A stretch of DNA of 62,462 nucleotides, filler included, from Nitrospinae bacterium RIFCSPLOWO2_12_FULL_45_22 (GTDB lineage Bacteria > 2-12-FULL-45-22), in assembly GCA_001803565.1 (NCBI GenBank). It is 6 parts of 6 records of this genome, joined end to end, with 100 filler letters (N's around TTAATTAATTAA, not from the genome) between each part and the next. Parts side by side here need not be neighbours in the genome. Positions count along the whole stretch, not along the records: positions 50,359 to 62,462 come from MHDQ01000223.1; 5 more parts are not named here. One strand, 5' to 3'. A program made the position numbers and the translations under genes. This document shows, piece by piece, positions 50,374 to 61,074 of the stretch; position 1 is the stretch's first letter; every line of letters begins with the position of its first letter. The notes beneath the pieces were generated by a model. That model searched no databases. It was given only the letters and a program-made list of their open reading frames with translations, and was not told where the DNA came from.

Positions 50374-51678
50374 ATGGTGCCCTGGGGTGATACCTCACCT
50401 AAGCTAGCAGGGGTCTTTCAGAGAAAGAAGCCGCAAAAAGGCAGAAATATTAGATCTTTCATCCTCTTATCTCTGCTCCTGTTGAACCTTTTTGTCTTTG
50501 GTGGGCAACTGAAGGATTCCTTTTTCCATAAAGAAAGCCGGGCTGCTAACCTCAACCAGGTTGATAAAATTTCTAATGGTTTAGTACCAACCCCAAATCA
50601 TATTGGTAAGATTCCTATTTCTTTCCAGGCGGTCAAGCAAAATAAGTATATACAGATAAATAGCAACAACGAGATAATTTATAGTGTGGATGTGGCTTTA
50701 CAGAAATATGCCGAGAAAGTATTACGGGACTACCGTGTGCCATACGGAGTGGTAGTAGCATTGGAACCCAATACCGGCAGGATCCTGGCATTAGCTGGCT
50801 ATTCCAGATATTATAAATCCAAGGCAAAAAATATGGGACTATGTTTCCGGGCATCCTTCCCGGCGGCTTCTATCATCAAACTTGTGACCGCGTCTGCTGC
50901 CTTAGAATTAGATTCTTTGACACCTGAGAGCCAGATCAGTTACGAAGGTAATATGTACCATATAACACCCCAGAAATTGAGGAAGAAGATAAATAGACGT
51001 CAAAATACCACCTCCTTTGCTATGGCCCTGGCTAAATCCAATAATGTAGCCTTTGCTAAGGTAGCGGTTAATGTTGTAGGGAGCAGGAACCTAACGGATT
51101 ATGCCCAGCGATTCGGGTTCAACCGAACACTGGCTAATCATTTACCCGTAGAGATTAGTAAGGCGCATATACCAGGCGAGTTTTATGGGCTAGGGGAATC
51201 TGGGGCTGGTTTTGGGGAGATATATATGAGCCCAATTCATGGAACTATGATAGCCGCTACTATTGCTAATAAAGGAGAGATGGTACAACCCCATCTGATA
51301 CAAGAAGTCAGGGACCGAAAGGGGAACATACTATATCAGGCCCAGAAAAAGTCTTTAGGAAGAGCTATCCAGCCAGATACTGCCCGGGAATTAGACCGAA
51401 TGATGCAAGGGACCATTACACTAGGTACAGCCCGTAAGGCATTTAAGGATCGTCGGGGGAGACCCTTCTTTCCTAATATGGCAATCGCTGGCAAGACCGG
51501 TTCTTTGAATGGAAATAATCCCCGGGGCGCTTATCATTGGTTCGTAGGGTTTGCCCCAGCGGATAACCCCAGGATTGCTATTGCCGCCCTGGTTATCAAT
51601 AGTATTGATGGGGGTGGCTGGCGGATAAAAGGGTCTCAACTGGCCAGGATGGTCTTACAAAAATATTTTTCTAAATGA
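50374..51678 (+). CDS. penicillin-binding protein, transpeptidase domain with TM anchor
   Basis: SIIK (SxxK), SNN (SxN), KTG motifs. Confidence 0.9.
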   Translation: MVPWGDTSPKLAGVFQRKKPQKGRNIRSFILLSLLLLNLFVFGGQLKDSFFHKESRAANLNQVDKISNGLVPTPNHIGKIPISFQAVKQNKYIQINSNNEIIYSVDVALQKYAEKVLRDYRVPYGVVVALEPNTGRILALAGYSRYYKSKAKNMGLCFRASFPAASIIKLVTASAALELDSLTPESQISYEGNMYHITPQKLRKKINRRQNTTSFAMALAKSNNVAFAKVAVNVVGSRNLTDYAQRFGFNRTLANHLPVEISKAHIPGEFYGLGESGAGFGEIYMSPIHGTMIAATIANKGEMVQPHLIQEVRDRKGNILYQAQKKSLGRAIQPDTARELDRMMQGTITLGTARKAFKDRRGRPFFPNMAIAGKTGSLNGNNPRGAYHWFVGFAPADNPRIAIAALVINSIDGGGWRIKGSQLARMVLQKYFSK

Positions 51679-51698
51679 CCCTCCCTTATAACGTAATG

Positions 51699-51917
51699 GT
51701 AACCGTTCACCCGGCTAATCTTTATCAGCCACTAAGACACAAAGGCACCAAGGAAATGTAAAACGCAAAGCTACCTGTCTGCTACAGGCAGGAAAGTGCA
51801 AAGCTCCTGTCTGTGTGCACCGCACAGGCAGGGAGGAATAATTACCTTAATTTTAGACTTTGCATTTTAAGTTTTGAGCTTCTTGGTGACTTAGTGCCTT
51901 GGTGGCTGAACGGTTAC
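51699..51917. repeat. four-layer nested palindromic element
   Basis: GTAACCGTTCA/TGAACGGTTAC ends, 9-mer arrays, 7-mer arrays, two CCTGTCTG..CAGGCAGG inserts; flanks ACGTAATG/ACTTAATT. Confidence 0.85.
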
Positions 51918-52249
51918 ACTTAATTTTAAACCCAGTTCCAAAGATGCAATAATACTTATGTCCTGCTAATGTGAACGACTTAAATCAATTCCCCTTAGGT
52001 CCCCCTTTGGTAAAGGGGGAGTTGTAAACTTATTTTTGCCGTTCACTAGAGTAAATTAACTACCGTCGGCTAGCCCCTTTGGCATGAACATCCCTTCGCT
52101 ACGGCCTTATTCTTTATCCACTTAGCTAAAATTCTGCCTGGGAGATTTCCCTAAGGGAGGGAAAGATGGTATAATTTGAAGCATAATTCATCGAAGGAAG
52201 TTGTTATCTAAATAAAAGATAGCTCGTATTTCCCAGGAAGGAGGAGTTT

Positions 52250-53800
52250 ATGGAGAGTAAATCAAAGGTTTGGAGGAAATTGATATTAACTTTTTCTTGC
52301 ATGATCTTTATGCTTGCTATTTGGCCACCCCTTGCCTCAAGTGCCGGAGGAAAGAGTAAGGCTTCTCCAGAAACATCCGCCCAGCAAATACCACTGACTT
52401 TGAGGGAATGCCTGGCTTTAGCCGTAGAAAATAATTTGGATATCATTATTGCCCGGCATGATCCCCAGGCAGCAGAAACGGCTATTGCCGAACAGAAAGC
52501 GGCTTTCCACCCCTTGGCTTCCATGGATCTCACCAAGGAAAACAAAGATACCCCCTTGCCCTCTTCAGTACAGGTATTTACCCGGGGGGCCTTCAAGGCT
52601 ATTGAGGACGAAATGATCGATTTCAATTGGGCTATTAGTCAAAGATTTGTTACTGGCAGTGAATATCGAGTATCTTTCCATAACCTCAGGAATGCCAATA
52701 CCTATAACCGATTCAACTCGGAATATATTACCAATACCTTCTTTTCCTTTAAACAGCACCTGCTAAGAAACTTTGGCTTTGACGTCAATAAGGCAGAGAT
52801 AAATATTGCCCGCAATAACAGGGATATCTCCCAATATGAATTCGTGCGCCAGGTATTAGATATTATAGCTCAGGTAGAAAATACCTATTGGGACCTGGTC
52901 TTTACCAATGAAGACCTACAGGTGAAAAAGAAGTCCTTAGAATTAGCAAAGGATTTGCTGGAGCGAAACCGGATCCAGGTAGAGGTAGGTACCCTGGCAC
53001 CCATCGAGATACTGGAAGCCCAAACCCAGGTAGCGGCCCGGGAAGAAGAGATCATCCGGGCAGAAAAGGTTGTGAAAGACAACGAAGACCGCCTACGAAA
53101 GCTAATTAACTCCCAGGCTATATCCTTACTCAAAGATGTAACGATAGTACCACAAGACAAACCTTCCTCCCAAAAAATAGAGGTCTCCCTAGAAAAAAGT
53201 GTGCAAGACGCGTTAGAAAAGAGACCGGAATATCTCCAGGCCAAGACAAATCTCGAGAATAGAAACATTCAGTTGGGATTCAGTAAGAACCAGCTCCTGC
53301 CCGTCGTAGACCTGGTAGCTGGCATCGGTACCCTGGCTAATCAGGGCAATTTTGGTAACTCCCTACAAGATATAGTCTCGGGAGACAATGAAGACTGGCG
53401 GGTAGGAATAAGTGTAGAAATACCCCTGGGCACTCAACTGGCCAAGAGTCGCTACACTCGCTCTCGGATAGAGAACGAAAAGGCCCTTTTTGAGCTAGAA
53501 AATTTAAAACAAAATATTATTATCGAGGTGAAAGAAGCGGTAAGAGAGATAGAGACAAATCTGAAGCGGACAGAAGTCACCAGGATTTCCAGCAGGCTCC
53601 ATCAAGAACGGCTCGATGCGGAAGATAAGCGCTTCAGTGTCGGGCTATCTACCAGCCGGGACATTTTGGAAGATCAAGAGCAGTTGGTAGAGGCCTTGAG
53701 CCGCGAGCTCCTGGCTGTCATTGATTACCGTAAATCCCTGGTAAATTTAGAAAGGAGTAAGGGAACCCTCCTGGAAACCCGGAAGATAAAGACCTTTTAA
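52250..53800 (+). CDS. TolC family outer-membrane protein
   Basis: LTLRECLALAVENN, VENTYWDL, RPEY, RFSVGLST. Confidence 0.92.
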   Translation: MESKSKVWRKLILTFSCMIFMLAIWPPLASSAGGKSKASPETSAQQIPLTLRECLALAVENNLDIIIARHDPQAAETAIAEQKAAFHPLASMDLTKENKDTPLPSSVQVFTRGAFKAIEDEMIDFNWAISQRFVTGSEYRVSFHNLRNANTYNRFNSEYITNTFFSFKQHLLRNFGFDVNKAEINIARNNRDISQYEFVRQVLDIIAQVENTYWDLVFTNEDLQVKKKSLELAKDLLERNRIQVEVGTLAPIEILEAQTQVAAREEEIIRAEKVVKDNEDRLRKLINSQAISLLKDVTIVPQDKPSSQKIEVSLEKSVQDALEKRPEYLQAKTNLENRNIQLGFSKNQLLPVVDLVAGIGTLANQGNFGNSLQDIVSGDNEDWRVGISVEIPLGTQLAKSRYTRSRIENEKALFELENLKQNIIIEVKEAVREIETNLKRTEVTRISSRLHQERLDAEDKRFSVGLSTSRDILEDQEQLVEALSRELLAVIDYRKSLVNLERSKGTLLETRKIKTF

Positions 53801-53906
53801 CCTACATTCATTCGTGCCATTAGTCTATTCGTGTAATTCGTGTCCCCCTTTTTCAACCCACTACAAATTATTTCTGGCCTTCGAGAAAGGGTGCGGAATC
53901 TAAGTT

Positions 53907-55067
53907 TTAAGGATGTCCTATTCGACTATAATTCTCTATACCAGCCAGAAGGGCTTGAGCAATCCCTTCACGATAATTGGTGCTTAGGATCCGTTCCCTG
54001 TCCTGGTCATTCGTAAGGAAAAGGGTCTCGACTAAAATACTGGGCATTTGGGCACCAAACAATACATAAAAGGGGCCCCGCTTAACACCCAGGTCCACCA
54101 CCCCGTCATAATCCCCTTTCAATTGGCGTATCAAAGAAGATTGGATTGATCCAGCCAAGGCACTGGATTCATTTATCTTTGAAGTCAACATTAAATCCTG
54201 TAAGATTATTTGCAGATCATTCAATCTTTCCTGGGGGATAAGATTTTCCCGGGCCACTAAGGCCATGGAGTCCGGGTCAGAAGTAAAATTGAGGAAATAG
54301 GTCTCAATACCTTTAAGGCCCGGTCTCTCACTGGCATTTATATGGATAGAGATAAAGAGATCAGCCCTTTCCCGATTAGCTATAGCGGTCCTTTCTTCTA
54401 ACGGAATATAAATATCCCTATCTCTCGTAAGAAGTATCTGATAAGCACCTTTTCTCTTTAGTAGCCCCACCAGCCTGCGGGCAATATCTAGGGTCAAGTC
54501 CTTCTCCCTCACACCTCCGGAGCCAATAGCCCCAGGGTCTTTGCCCCCGTGACCAGGGTCTATTACTATCTTTTTTATTCCGGAATGAAAGGGCTTATAT
54601 TTATGGGGAGGAAGTTCCTTTCTGACTGTCTTGATCCCCTTTGTTACGGATCTTTTTTTTGAGTCACCAAATACATCTATTACTATACGAAAAGGCTCAT
54701 ATAAGGTAAAGACCTTAAAATCATTAATAGCAGCTAAATCGAGCACTACCCGCACCCTATCTGGCTTATTCTGCCCCATCCTTACCTTCCTTAATAACCC
54801 ATCCTCCACCGGGATAGGTATCCCTTTTAACGTGGGATTGGTCGCAGTCCCATAGATATCCACGTATACTCGGGCAGGATTTTCTAATTGCTTATATTTG
54901 TAATGGACCTCCCCCTCTACATCTATAACTATCCGGCTATATTGAGGATTAGACCAGTGGCGGACTTGCTTGACCAGTTTTAATGAGAGGGGAAGCCCCG
55001 GTCTTATTAGCCCCAGGTTGACAAGGAATATAAAGCCAACCACAAGATACTTACGCCTTAGTCCCAC
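53907..55067 (-). CDS. N-acetylmuramoyl-L-alanine amidase with AMIN domain (AmiC-like)
   Basis: IDPGHGGKDPGA, LEERTAIAN, FISIHINA, MPSILVE. Confidence 0.95.
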   Translation of the reverse strand: MGLRRKYLVVGFIFLVNLGLIRPGLPLSLKLVKQVRHWSNPQYSRIVIDVEGEVHYKYKQLENPARVYVDIYGTATNPTLKGIPIPVEDGLLRKVRMGQNKPDRVRVVLDLAAINDFKVFTLYEPFRIVIDVFGDSKKRSVTKGIKTVRKELPPHKYKPFHSGIKKIVIDPGHGGKDPGAIGSGGVREKDLTLDIARRLVGLLKRKGAYQILLTRDRDIYIPLEERTAIANRERADLFISIHINASERPGLKGIETYFLNFTSDPDSMALVARENLIPQERLNDLQIILQDLMLTSKINESSALAGSIQSSLIRQLKGDYDGVVDLGVKRGPFYVLFGAQMPSILVETLFLTNDQDRERILSTNYREGIAQALLAGIENYSRIGHP

Positions 55068-55441
55068 CCCTATTCTCCTCCTCTGGTCAGATAGTTTTCC
55101 TTAAATCCTAATAATTAACACTAAATAAGTTAATATTGCAAGAAGAAATTAAAAATTCCTATTAAGAATATATCACAATAGCTCTCTCTGGTAATAAACT
55201 CACCTATCTTTGTGGATGATGAGGCAGTAGTTATCGCAGAGGACGTAAAGAACGTGTCCGTGAGGCGTGTCATCCCTGCCTGTCGACAGACAGGGTGTCC
55301 GTAAAAAAGGCATAAAACTCAGAGCGCAAAACGCAAAGCTAAGGAGAAAAGAATAAATAACTATTCTTTACTCTTTGTTCTCTGCTCTTTGTTCTTTGTT
55401 TGCGGGCCACGGATAGCTGACGGATAAACGCTGACAGGGTA

Positions 55442-56107
55442 TCAGTATTTGGATACCTTTATCTCTTCTAGCTCCCCAGTGACCATAAAGACAGTCCTCT
55501 CACAAATATTGGTTACCCGATCACCAATCCTTTCTAAATTATGAGCTACCCAGAGGAGATAGGTGGCGCGGGTGATGGTTTTAGGGTCCTGAAGCATGAA
55601 GGTGAGGAGTTCCCGATAGACCTGATTATAAAGCTCATCTATCTCATCATCTTCTTCACACAAATCTTTTGCCTTTCGAATATCCCGGTTTATAAAGGCC
55701 TGGAGGCTCTGTCCTAACATCTGCCGGGCCTTCTGGGCCATGCGGGGAATATCAATAAGGGGCTTCAGTAAAGGCTCATCCCCCATCATTATATTGATTC
55801 GGGCAATCCCCTCGGCATGATCAGCCATGCGCTCTAAGTCAGTAATGATACTCAATACCGCCGCAATAGTCCTTAGGTCCCGGGCCATAGGCTGCTGAGT
55901 GGCCAGCAGGGAGAGGCACCTCTCTTCTATTCTAAACCTCATCTTATTTATTTCTATATCCCCTTCAACAATCCTTTGTGACCAAGAAATATCCCGCGTC
56001 TTTAATGCCTGGATTGCATCATCAATAGCTTGATCCACTAACATTCCCATGTCTATAACCTCTTTCTGCAATCCTTCTAACGCCTCATGAAAACTCTCCC
56101 GGGCCAT
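55442..56107 (-). CDS. phoU: phosphate signalling protein PhoU
   Basis: QQPMARDLR, DLERMADHA, NLERIGDRVTNICE. Confidence 0.97.
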   Translation of the reverse strand: MARESFHEALEGLQKEVIDMGMLVDQAIDDAIQALKTRDISWSQRIVEGDIEINKMRFRIEERCLSLLATQQPMARDLRTIAAVLSIITDLERMADHAEGIARINIMMGDEPLLKPLIDIPRMAQKARQMLGQSLQAFINRDIRKAKDLCEEDDEIDELYNQVYRELLTFMLQDPKTITRATYLLWVAHNLERIGDRVTNICERTVFMVTGELEEIKVSKY

Positions 56108-56123
56108 AATCTCTCCTCCTTAC

Positions 56124-56310
56124 TTAGTGCTTCATTTCATAAATACAGTTACGTATTATGCCTATTTTTTGCCTTCTTTTTTATTAGGAAACCAAGAGGC
56201 CAGGAAATTAACCCCGCCTAAGCGGGGTTAACCTCTCCTGTATTCCTGGTTTCCTTATCATAAGCACTTTCTCTCAAATACGTCACCGTAATTATGGATT
56301 AGAGCACTAA
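56124..56310. mobile_element. TA-bounded MITE (about 30-bp imperfect TIR) with nested palindromes; solo end near 34972
   Basis: TAGTGCTTCATTTCATAAATACAGTTACGTA vs TAGTGCTCTAATCCATAATTACGGTGACGTA (reverse complement of right end). Confidence 0.75.
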
Positions 56311-56318
56311 GGACTAAA

Positions 56319-56500
56319 GTAACAGTTCAGCCCCTATCGAAAATGAATGTCATTCCGACCCCTTCGCCCCTGTCATTCCGAGCGCAGCGAGGAATCTTTT
56401 ATTGGAGCTCAGGGTAAACTCCGGGAGGAATCTTTATTTACCTCCGGTCTCGGAAAGATTTCTCGTTGCGCTCGAAATGACAAAGAACCTGAACTGTTAC
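56319..56500. mobile_element. GTAACAGTTCAG MITE, copy of 2447-2650
   Basis: Same TIRs and body, 22 nt shorter; flanks GGACTAAA/GGAATAAA (7 of 8). Confidence 0.9.
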
Positions 56501-56690
56501 GGAATAAAGTACCTCAGTTAAATCTGAGGCAATAGGCTATGGGTAATAGCTCCTAAGCTTTTTACGCTTTACGTCTTGCGTAGTATCTGTGGTCATATCT
56601 TTTAGAAAACTTTAGTCGGCTAAACGGTTACCAAATTTAACTAACATTGTAACCTGACTTTGTCACATTTGCCATTAAGAAAAAAAAGCC

Positions 56691-56742
56691 TTGACAAGCT
56701 ATTAAGGGAGTAGTATAAAATATGACTAACTTGATAGACATA
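56691..56742 (+). promoter_or_regulatory. sigma70 promoter and Rrf2 (CymR/IscR-like) box
   Basis: TTGACA-17nt-TATAAA; palindrome TATGACTAACTTGATAGACATA; related box at 57554-57580. Confidence 0.65.
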
Positions 56743-56837
56743 ATTTAATCGCAGAGGAATTTTCATTTTAATAATGCGGTTTTGTGGTAGTCGCAGGCTT
56801 TAGCCTGCGTTAATTTATATTAATCGGGGAACGGGGG

Positions 56838-57293
56838 ATGAAGCTCTCTAAAAAAGGGGAGTATGCGATAAAGGCATTACAATACCTCTCCTTTAATTAC
56901 CACAGGGATATCATCCAGATAGCTGAGATCTCTGAAAGGCAGAAGCTCCCCCTCAAATTCCTAGAACAGATCCTGCTTGCCCTTAAAAAAGCCGGCATCG
57001 TCCAGAGCAAAATGGGCCTAAAAGGTGGTTACCGGCTGGCTAAAGGGCCAGATGAGATTTCGCTGGGAGAGGTATTGAGGATAATAGATGGCCCCCCGGA
57101 CCCGGTAGACTGTGTTCGGCAAAGCGCTAGAAAGGAATGTGGAGAAGAGGATGAATGCAGCTTACGCATTATTATGCTGGAGGTAAAGGAGGCCATCTGT
57201 CAGGTCTTAGACCGGGTAACCCTAGAGGAGGTCTGCAACCGGGCTAAAGAGCTTCAAAAGAAACACTCTCTGGCCTTGGATTATCAGATCTAA
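56838..57293 (+). CDS. Rrf2 family transcriptional regulator with three Cys
   Basis: KGEYAIKAL, FLEQILLALK, GLKGGYRL, C-x9-C-x5-C, DYQI. Confidence 0.95.
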   Translation: MKLSKKGEYAIKALQYLSFNYHRDIIQIAEISERQKLPLKFLEQILLALKKAGIVQSKMGLKGGYRLAKGPDEISLGEVLRIIDGPPDPVDCVRQSARKECGEEDECSLRIIMLEVKEAICQVLDRVTLEEVCNRAKELQKKHSLALDYQI

Positions 57294-57297
57294 TTTT

Positions 57298-57539
57298 GTA
57301 ATAGTTTAGCCAAAATAAGATGGAACACAAATTACACGAATATACGAATAGCACGAATGAAGCAAAAATGTTGCCTGCAACGCCAAAGGCTATTGGTGTC
57401 ATTCGTCCATTCGTGGTTAAGTCTTTGGTTCTGGGTTTCGTTTTACAGACGCTTTTTATAGATGTTTATCCCACCGTTGCAGGGTTTAGATGCTATCTCC
57501 GACAATTTTGTGATGAGCTTTATTTAGCTAAACAATTAC
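57298..57539. repeat. degenerate GTAA-ended element with 9-mer inverted arrays
   Basis: GTAATAGTTTAGC / GCTAAACAATTAC; CACGAAT arrays and ATTCGTG complements. Confidence 0.7.
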
Positions 57540-57600
57540 ACTTTTTTTGAACTAAATTCTACTAAATCTGTAGGCTTAATAGAATAAAGGGGGAGAGAGG

Positions 57601-58620
57601 ATGGTCAAGGAGATCGAGGCAAGCATAGACCATAATCTGGAGGAAGGGGTAAAAAGGTCTTTAGAGATCGAGGCCCAAATTGAGGGTAAGACAGGGAAGA
57701 TGGACCTGAATGAGTTAAAGTCAGGAGGGTTTATCAAGCAGCGTCAAAAAGACCTCTTTACCGTACGACTCCGTTGTCCTGGTGGCAGAATTCCTTTAAG
57801 GAAACTAAAGAAGACCTGTGAGGTAGCAGAGAAATACGGTGGGGAGTATGTCCACCTCAGCTTCAGACAATCTTTAGAGATACCTTATGTAAATTACTAC
57901 GATTTCCCTCAAATGATAAAAGAGTTGAGCGAGGAAGAGCAAGTTATCGCTTCTTGCGGCCCAAGGGTAAGGGTCCCGACGGCTTGTAGTGGCTGCGAAT
58001 ATAACCCTAATGGGCTGACCGACACCCAGAAGATGGCCCAGATGGTCAACGAAAAGTTCTTTGGTATAAGATGTCCCCATAAATTCAAGACTTCCTTCTC
58101 CGGTTGCCCGATAGACTGTGCCAGGACTAGCGAGATGGACCTGGGTTTTCAGGGAGCTGTGTATCCGCTCTGGGAAGAGGAGAGTTGCACCGGCTGCACT
58201 ATCTGTGCCTATGCCTGCCTGGAAGGAGCTATTGTAGCTGATTCGGCCAGTGGTAAACCAGTATTTAATCAACTCAATTGTCTTTATTGCTCGGATTGCA
58301 TCAGGGCTTGCCCCACCGGGGCCTGGAAGGCAGGAAAGACCGGTCATATCGTTAGGGTAGGTGGCAGACATGGCAGGCACCCATTAAATGGCTCTGTTAT
58401 TGCCCGATTTATCCCTGATGACGATGTTCCCAGGGTAATTGAGGGGGTATTGGAGTGGTATAACAAAAATGGAGAAGGTAAGGGCCGAATCAGGATAGGG
58501 CAACTGCTCATGGAGCCGGGAAAAATGGAGGCTCTTACCCGACATCTAGCGCCTGTACTGGGGGATAATGCCTTAAAGAATCCGCGGCCTCCTGAACCAG
58601 TTCATATAAACCGATTCTGA
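57601..58620 (+). CDS. small siroheme sulfite/nitrite reductase with ferredoxin domain (AsrC/Dsr-like protein)
   Basis: QRQK..VRLR..GG, PHKFK..SGCPIDC, two CxxCxxCxxxC clusters, VGGRHG. Confidence 0.85.
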   Translation: MVKEIEASIDHNLEEGVKRSLEIEAQIEGKTGKMDLNELKSGGFIKQRQKDLFTVRLRCPGGRIPLRKLKKTCEVAEKYGGEYVHLSFRQSLEIPYVNYYDFPQMIKELSEEEQVIASCGPRVRVPTACSGCEYNPNGLTDTQKMAQMVNEKFFGIRCPHKFKTSFSGCPIDCARTSEMDLGFQGAVYPLWEEESCTGCTICAYACLEGAIVADSASGKPVFNQLNCLYCSDCIRACPTGAWKAGKTGHIVRVGGRHGRHPLNGSVIARFIPDDDVPRVIEGVLEWYNKNGEGKGRIRIGQLLMEPGKMEALTRHLAPVLGDNALKNPRPPEPVHINRF

Positions 58621-58640
58621 TAGAAGGAAGGGGGGAAATA

Positions 58641-58886
58641 ATGACTGAATCAGAGAGGAGAAAAGCAGACGCTACCCTGGATATTTCTCAGGAGGTGTGC
58701 CCCATGACCCTGGTTTTAACCAGGCGTAGGATAGAGGCCCTTAACCCCGGGCAGTGTCTAGAGGTTATTCTATCCGACGGTGAAGCGGTAAGGAGTGTAT
58801 CCCTGAGCGCTAAGGAAGAGGGGCACCGGATACTGCAAGTGAAGAACGAAGATGGCTTTATTAGCATTCTAATAGAGAGATCGTAA
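58641..58886 (+). CDS. TusA/SirA family sulfur carrier
   Basis: LDI..VCPMT, GQCLEVIL..GE. Confidence 0.88.
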   Translation: MTESERRKADATLDISQEVCPMTLVLTRRRIEALNPGQCLEVILSDGEAVRSVSLSAKEEGHRILQVKNEDGFISILIERS

Positions 58887-59091
58887 CCGTTTAGCCACAA
58901 AAAGGCGCAAGAAGCACAAGAAAATTTCTGGTTAAGTTTATAACCACAAAGACACCAAGGACACCAAGAATTTAATTGACCACCATGAGATGCCATTTTT
59001 TGCTTTTCTTTGTGCTCTTTGTGGCTCATTTTATTGGAGTGCTTTTTTGCGGATATATTTTTTGGCAACTTTATTTAAGCTAAACAATTAC
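58883..59091. repeat. GTAAC-ended element with 9-mer inverted arrays
   Basis: GTAACCGTTTAGC / GCTAAACAATTAC; its TAA is the stop codon of the TusA gene. Confidence 0.8.
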
Positions 59092-59113
59092 AATTTTAAG
59101 AGAGGAGGATATA

Positions 59114-59827
59114 ATGACTGTAGTGGCCAAAGAAGAAATAGAGGGGATCGGGGTAGAGTTTGAAAGCAAGAAGGCGCAGGAAATCGTAAACTGGGCCTTG
59201 GAGGAGTATGATCCCAATATTGCTTTATCCTGCAGCTTCGGGGCAGAGGATGTGGTATTGGTAGATATGATAGCCAAGATCAGACCAGGCAGCCGGGTAT
59301 TTACTCTGGATACGGACTTTTTCTTTCCTGAGACCCACGACCTTATAAAAAGAATAAAAGAAAAATATCCCATCGCTTTAGAAGTCTATACCTCTGATAT
59401 GACGATAGAGGAAATGGAGAAAAAATATGCTAAGGAGCTTTACTCTACAGACCCAGACCTCTGCTGTCAAATAAGGAAGCTTCAACCCCTCCAAAAGGCC
59501 CTTTCTGGTTTAACGGCCTGGATTACGGGTTTAAGGAGGGATCAAGCCCCTACCCGGGCTAATACCAAGAAGGTTGAGCTGGATAGCAAGTTTGGCCTGG
59601 TAAAGATCAATCCCCTGGCTGACTGGAGCCCGGATCAGGTTTGGGCCTATATCAGAGAAAATAAGGTGCCCTACAATGTGCTCCATGACCAAAATTATCC
59701 CAGTATAGGCTGTGCTCCCTGCACCAAGCCGGTAAAACCCGGAGAAGACCTTCGGACCGGTAGATGGGCGGGGAAAGGAAAGACCGAGTGCGGCCTCCAT
59801 CCGGCCGATAACCCAGGGAAGAAGTAA
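59114..59827 (+). CDS. cysH: APS/PAPS reductase, Fe-S (APS-type) form
   Basis: CCQIRK, WITGLRRDQ, YPSIGCAPCT, ECGLH. Confidence 0.95.
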   Translation: MTVVAKEEIEGIGVEFESKKAQEIVNWALEEYDPNIALSCSFGAEDVVLVDMIAKIRPGSRVFTLDTDFFFPETHDLIKRIKEKYPIALEVYTSDMTIEEMEKKYAKELYSTDPDLCCQIRKLQPLQKALSGLTAWITGLRRDQAPTRANTKKVELDSKFGLVKINPLADWSPDQVWAYIRENKVPYNVLHDQNYPSIGCAPCTKPVKPGEDLRTGRWAGKGKTECGLHPADNPGKK

Positions 59828-59829
59828 AG

Positions 59830-61053
59830 GTGATGAATCCAGGATATCTGAAAGTAAAATTGGCTTTGGAAGGAGTAAGGCTTGGTGCCTCCCTGCAAGC
59901 TGATGATATTGAAAAACAGATCATCCACCGGATAGAAGGAGACTATCAAGGAGTGATGATGATCTTACCTGAGGATATCTGGGCTTATGTCCCCATAGTA
60001 GATCATCCTGAACCCCATCTCTATACACTGGTTAGAGAGCGGGATACGTTTTTTATCCAGCGAGATGAGGAAAGAATCCCTATCCGGCTAGTCCATTATC
60101 ATAAAACAAATTGTAAAAATCCCTGCCCAAACCAAGATATCCAATCCCTTAAAACAGGTTTTATCCACGGCAAGTTTATATCCTTCTCCCCATTGTCCTG
60201 TTGCCCTTCCCTGGGTTGGCGTACTTACTGCCCTCATCAAGGGCAGCACCATACTATATCCGGGAAGCACCTGGCTTTAGAGGCAGTATTAGAAGACATC
60301 CAAAAGGCAGTAGATAATGACTGGGGAGAATTTGTCCATCTCCATGTCGGTTTAGTGGCCACCGAAGATCGAGGCATTACCTTGTTAGAGCCCTATATCA
60401 CCGCTATAAAAAGGCGGTTTAATACCCTAATAGCAGTAGAAATAGACCCTCCAACCACTAATGACTGGATTGACCGGACTTATGCCCTTGGTGTGGATTC
60501 TATAAGTTATAATATAGATATTTTTAACCCCCCTTTATTTCAAAAGATCCACCCCGAGCGGGAGGCATTGATCGGCCGGGAACGATACCTGGAAGCATTG
60601 GCTTATGCGGCAGAAATATTCCCTGCCGGGACCGTTACCAGCCAATTAATCCTGGGCTTAGAGCCCAAAGAGTGGACCTTGACAGGTATTGATACTCTGA
60701 CTAAACTTAGGATAGTGCCTCTATTGCCCTTACCCTTATTAGGTACCTGGGCCCGCAAAGAGATAGCCAGGGGAGATCTCCTATCCCTTGAAGATATAAT
60801 TGAAATAGGCGCCCATCTTTACTGGGCAGTAAAAAAGAATCGGGTGAGGGTGAATTGGATGAATTTTGGTGGCCATATCCTGACCCCTTTGGATGGTAGG
60901 TTCTTTGCGGCCGAGAAGGCCCGGCTCCAGGTAGCCCTTCATAATATCTACACCTCTAAGCTGGGGGGTAAGGTCCAGGTGGGTTTTTCCAACCTGAGGC
61001 GAAGATTAAGAGTGAAAAGGGTCATGGAATCCCTCGATTCTTCTGGATTATAG
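59830..61053 (+). CDS. radical-SAM-like protein with incomplete Cys motif
   Basis: KVKLALEG, EDRG, SYNIDIF..HP..R..YLEAL..A.EIF..G.V.SQLILGLEP barrel pattern; no CxxxCxxC. Confidence 0.6.
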   Translation: MMNPGYLKVKLALEGVRLGASLQADDIEKQIIHRIEGDYQGVMMILPEDIWAYVPIVDHPEPHLYTLVRERDTFFIQRDEERIPIRLVHYHKTNCKNPCPNQDIQSLKTGFIHGKFISFSPLSCCPSLGWRTYCPHQGQHHTISGKHLALEAVLEDIQKAVDNDWGEFVHLHVGLVATEDRGITLLEPYITAIKRRFNTLIAVEIDPPTTNDWIDRTYALGVDSISYNIDIFNPPLFQKIHPEREALIGRERYLEALAYAAEIFPAGTVTSQLILGLEPKEWTLTGIDTLTKLRIVPLLPLPLLGTWARKEIARGDLLSLEDIIEIGAHLYWAVKKNRVRVNWMNFGGHILTPLDGRFFAAEKARLQVALHNIYTSKLGGKVQVGFSNLRRRLRVKRVMESLDSSGL

Positions 61054-61074
61054 AAGAGAAGACGTTCTTCTAGA

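Noticed and set aside
57601-58620. Selenocysteine or pyrrolysine read-through at TGA/TAG stops
   Set aside because: Proteins appear complete at their stops; no Cys-equivalent position or continuing frame noticed
57601-58620. Dissimilatory sulfate reduction (dsrAB)
   Set aside because: Single small subunit beside cysH and Rrf2 indicates assimilation; no dsrB, dsrC or aprAB in the window
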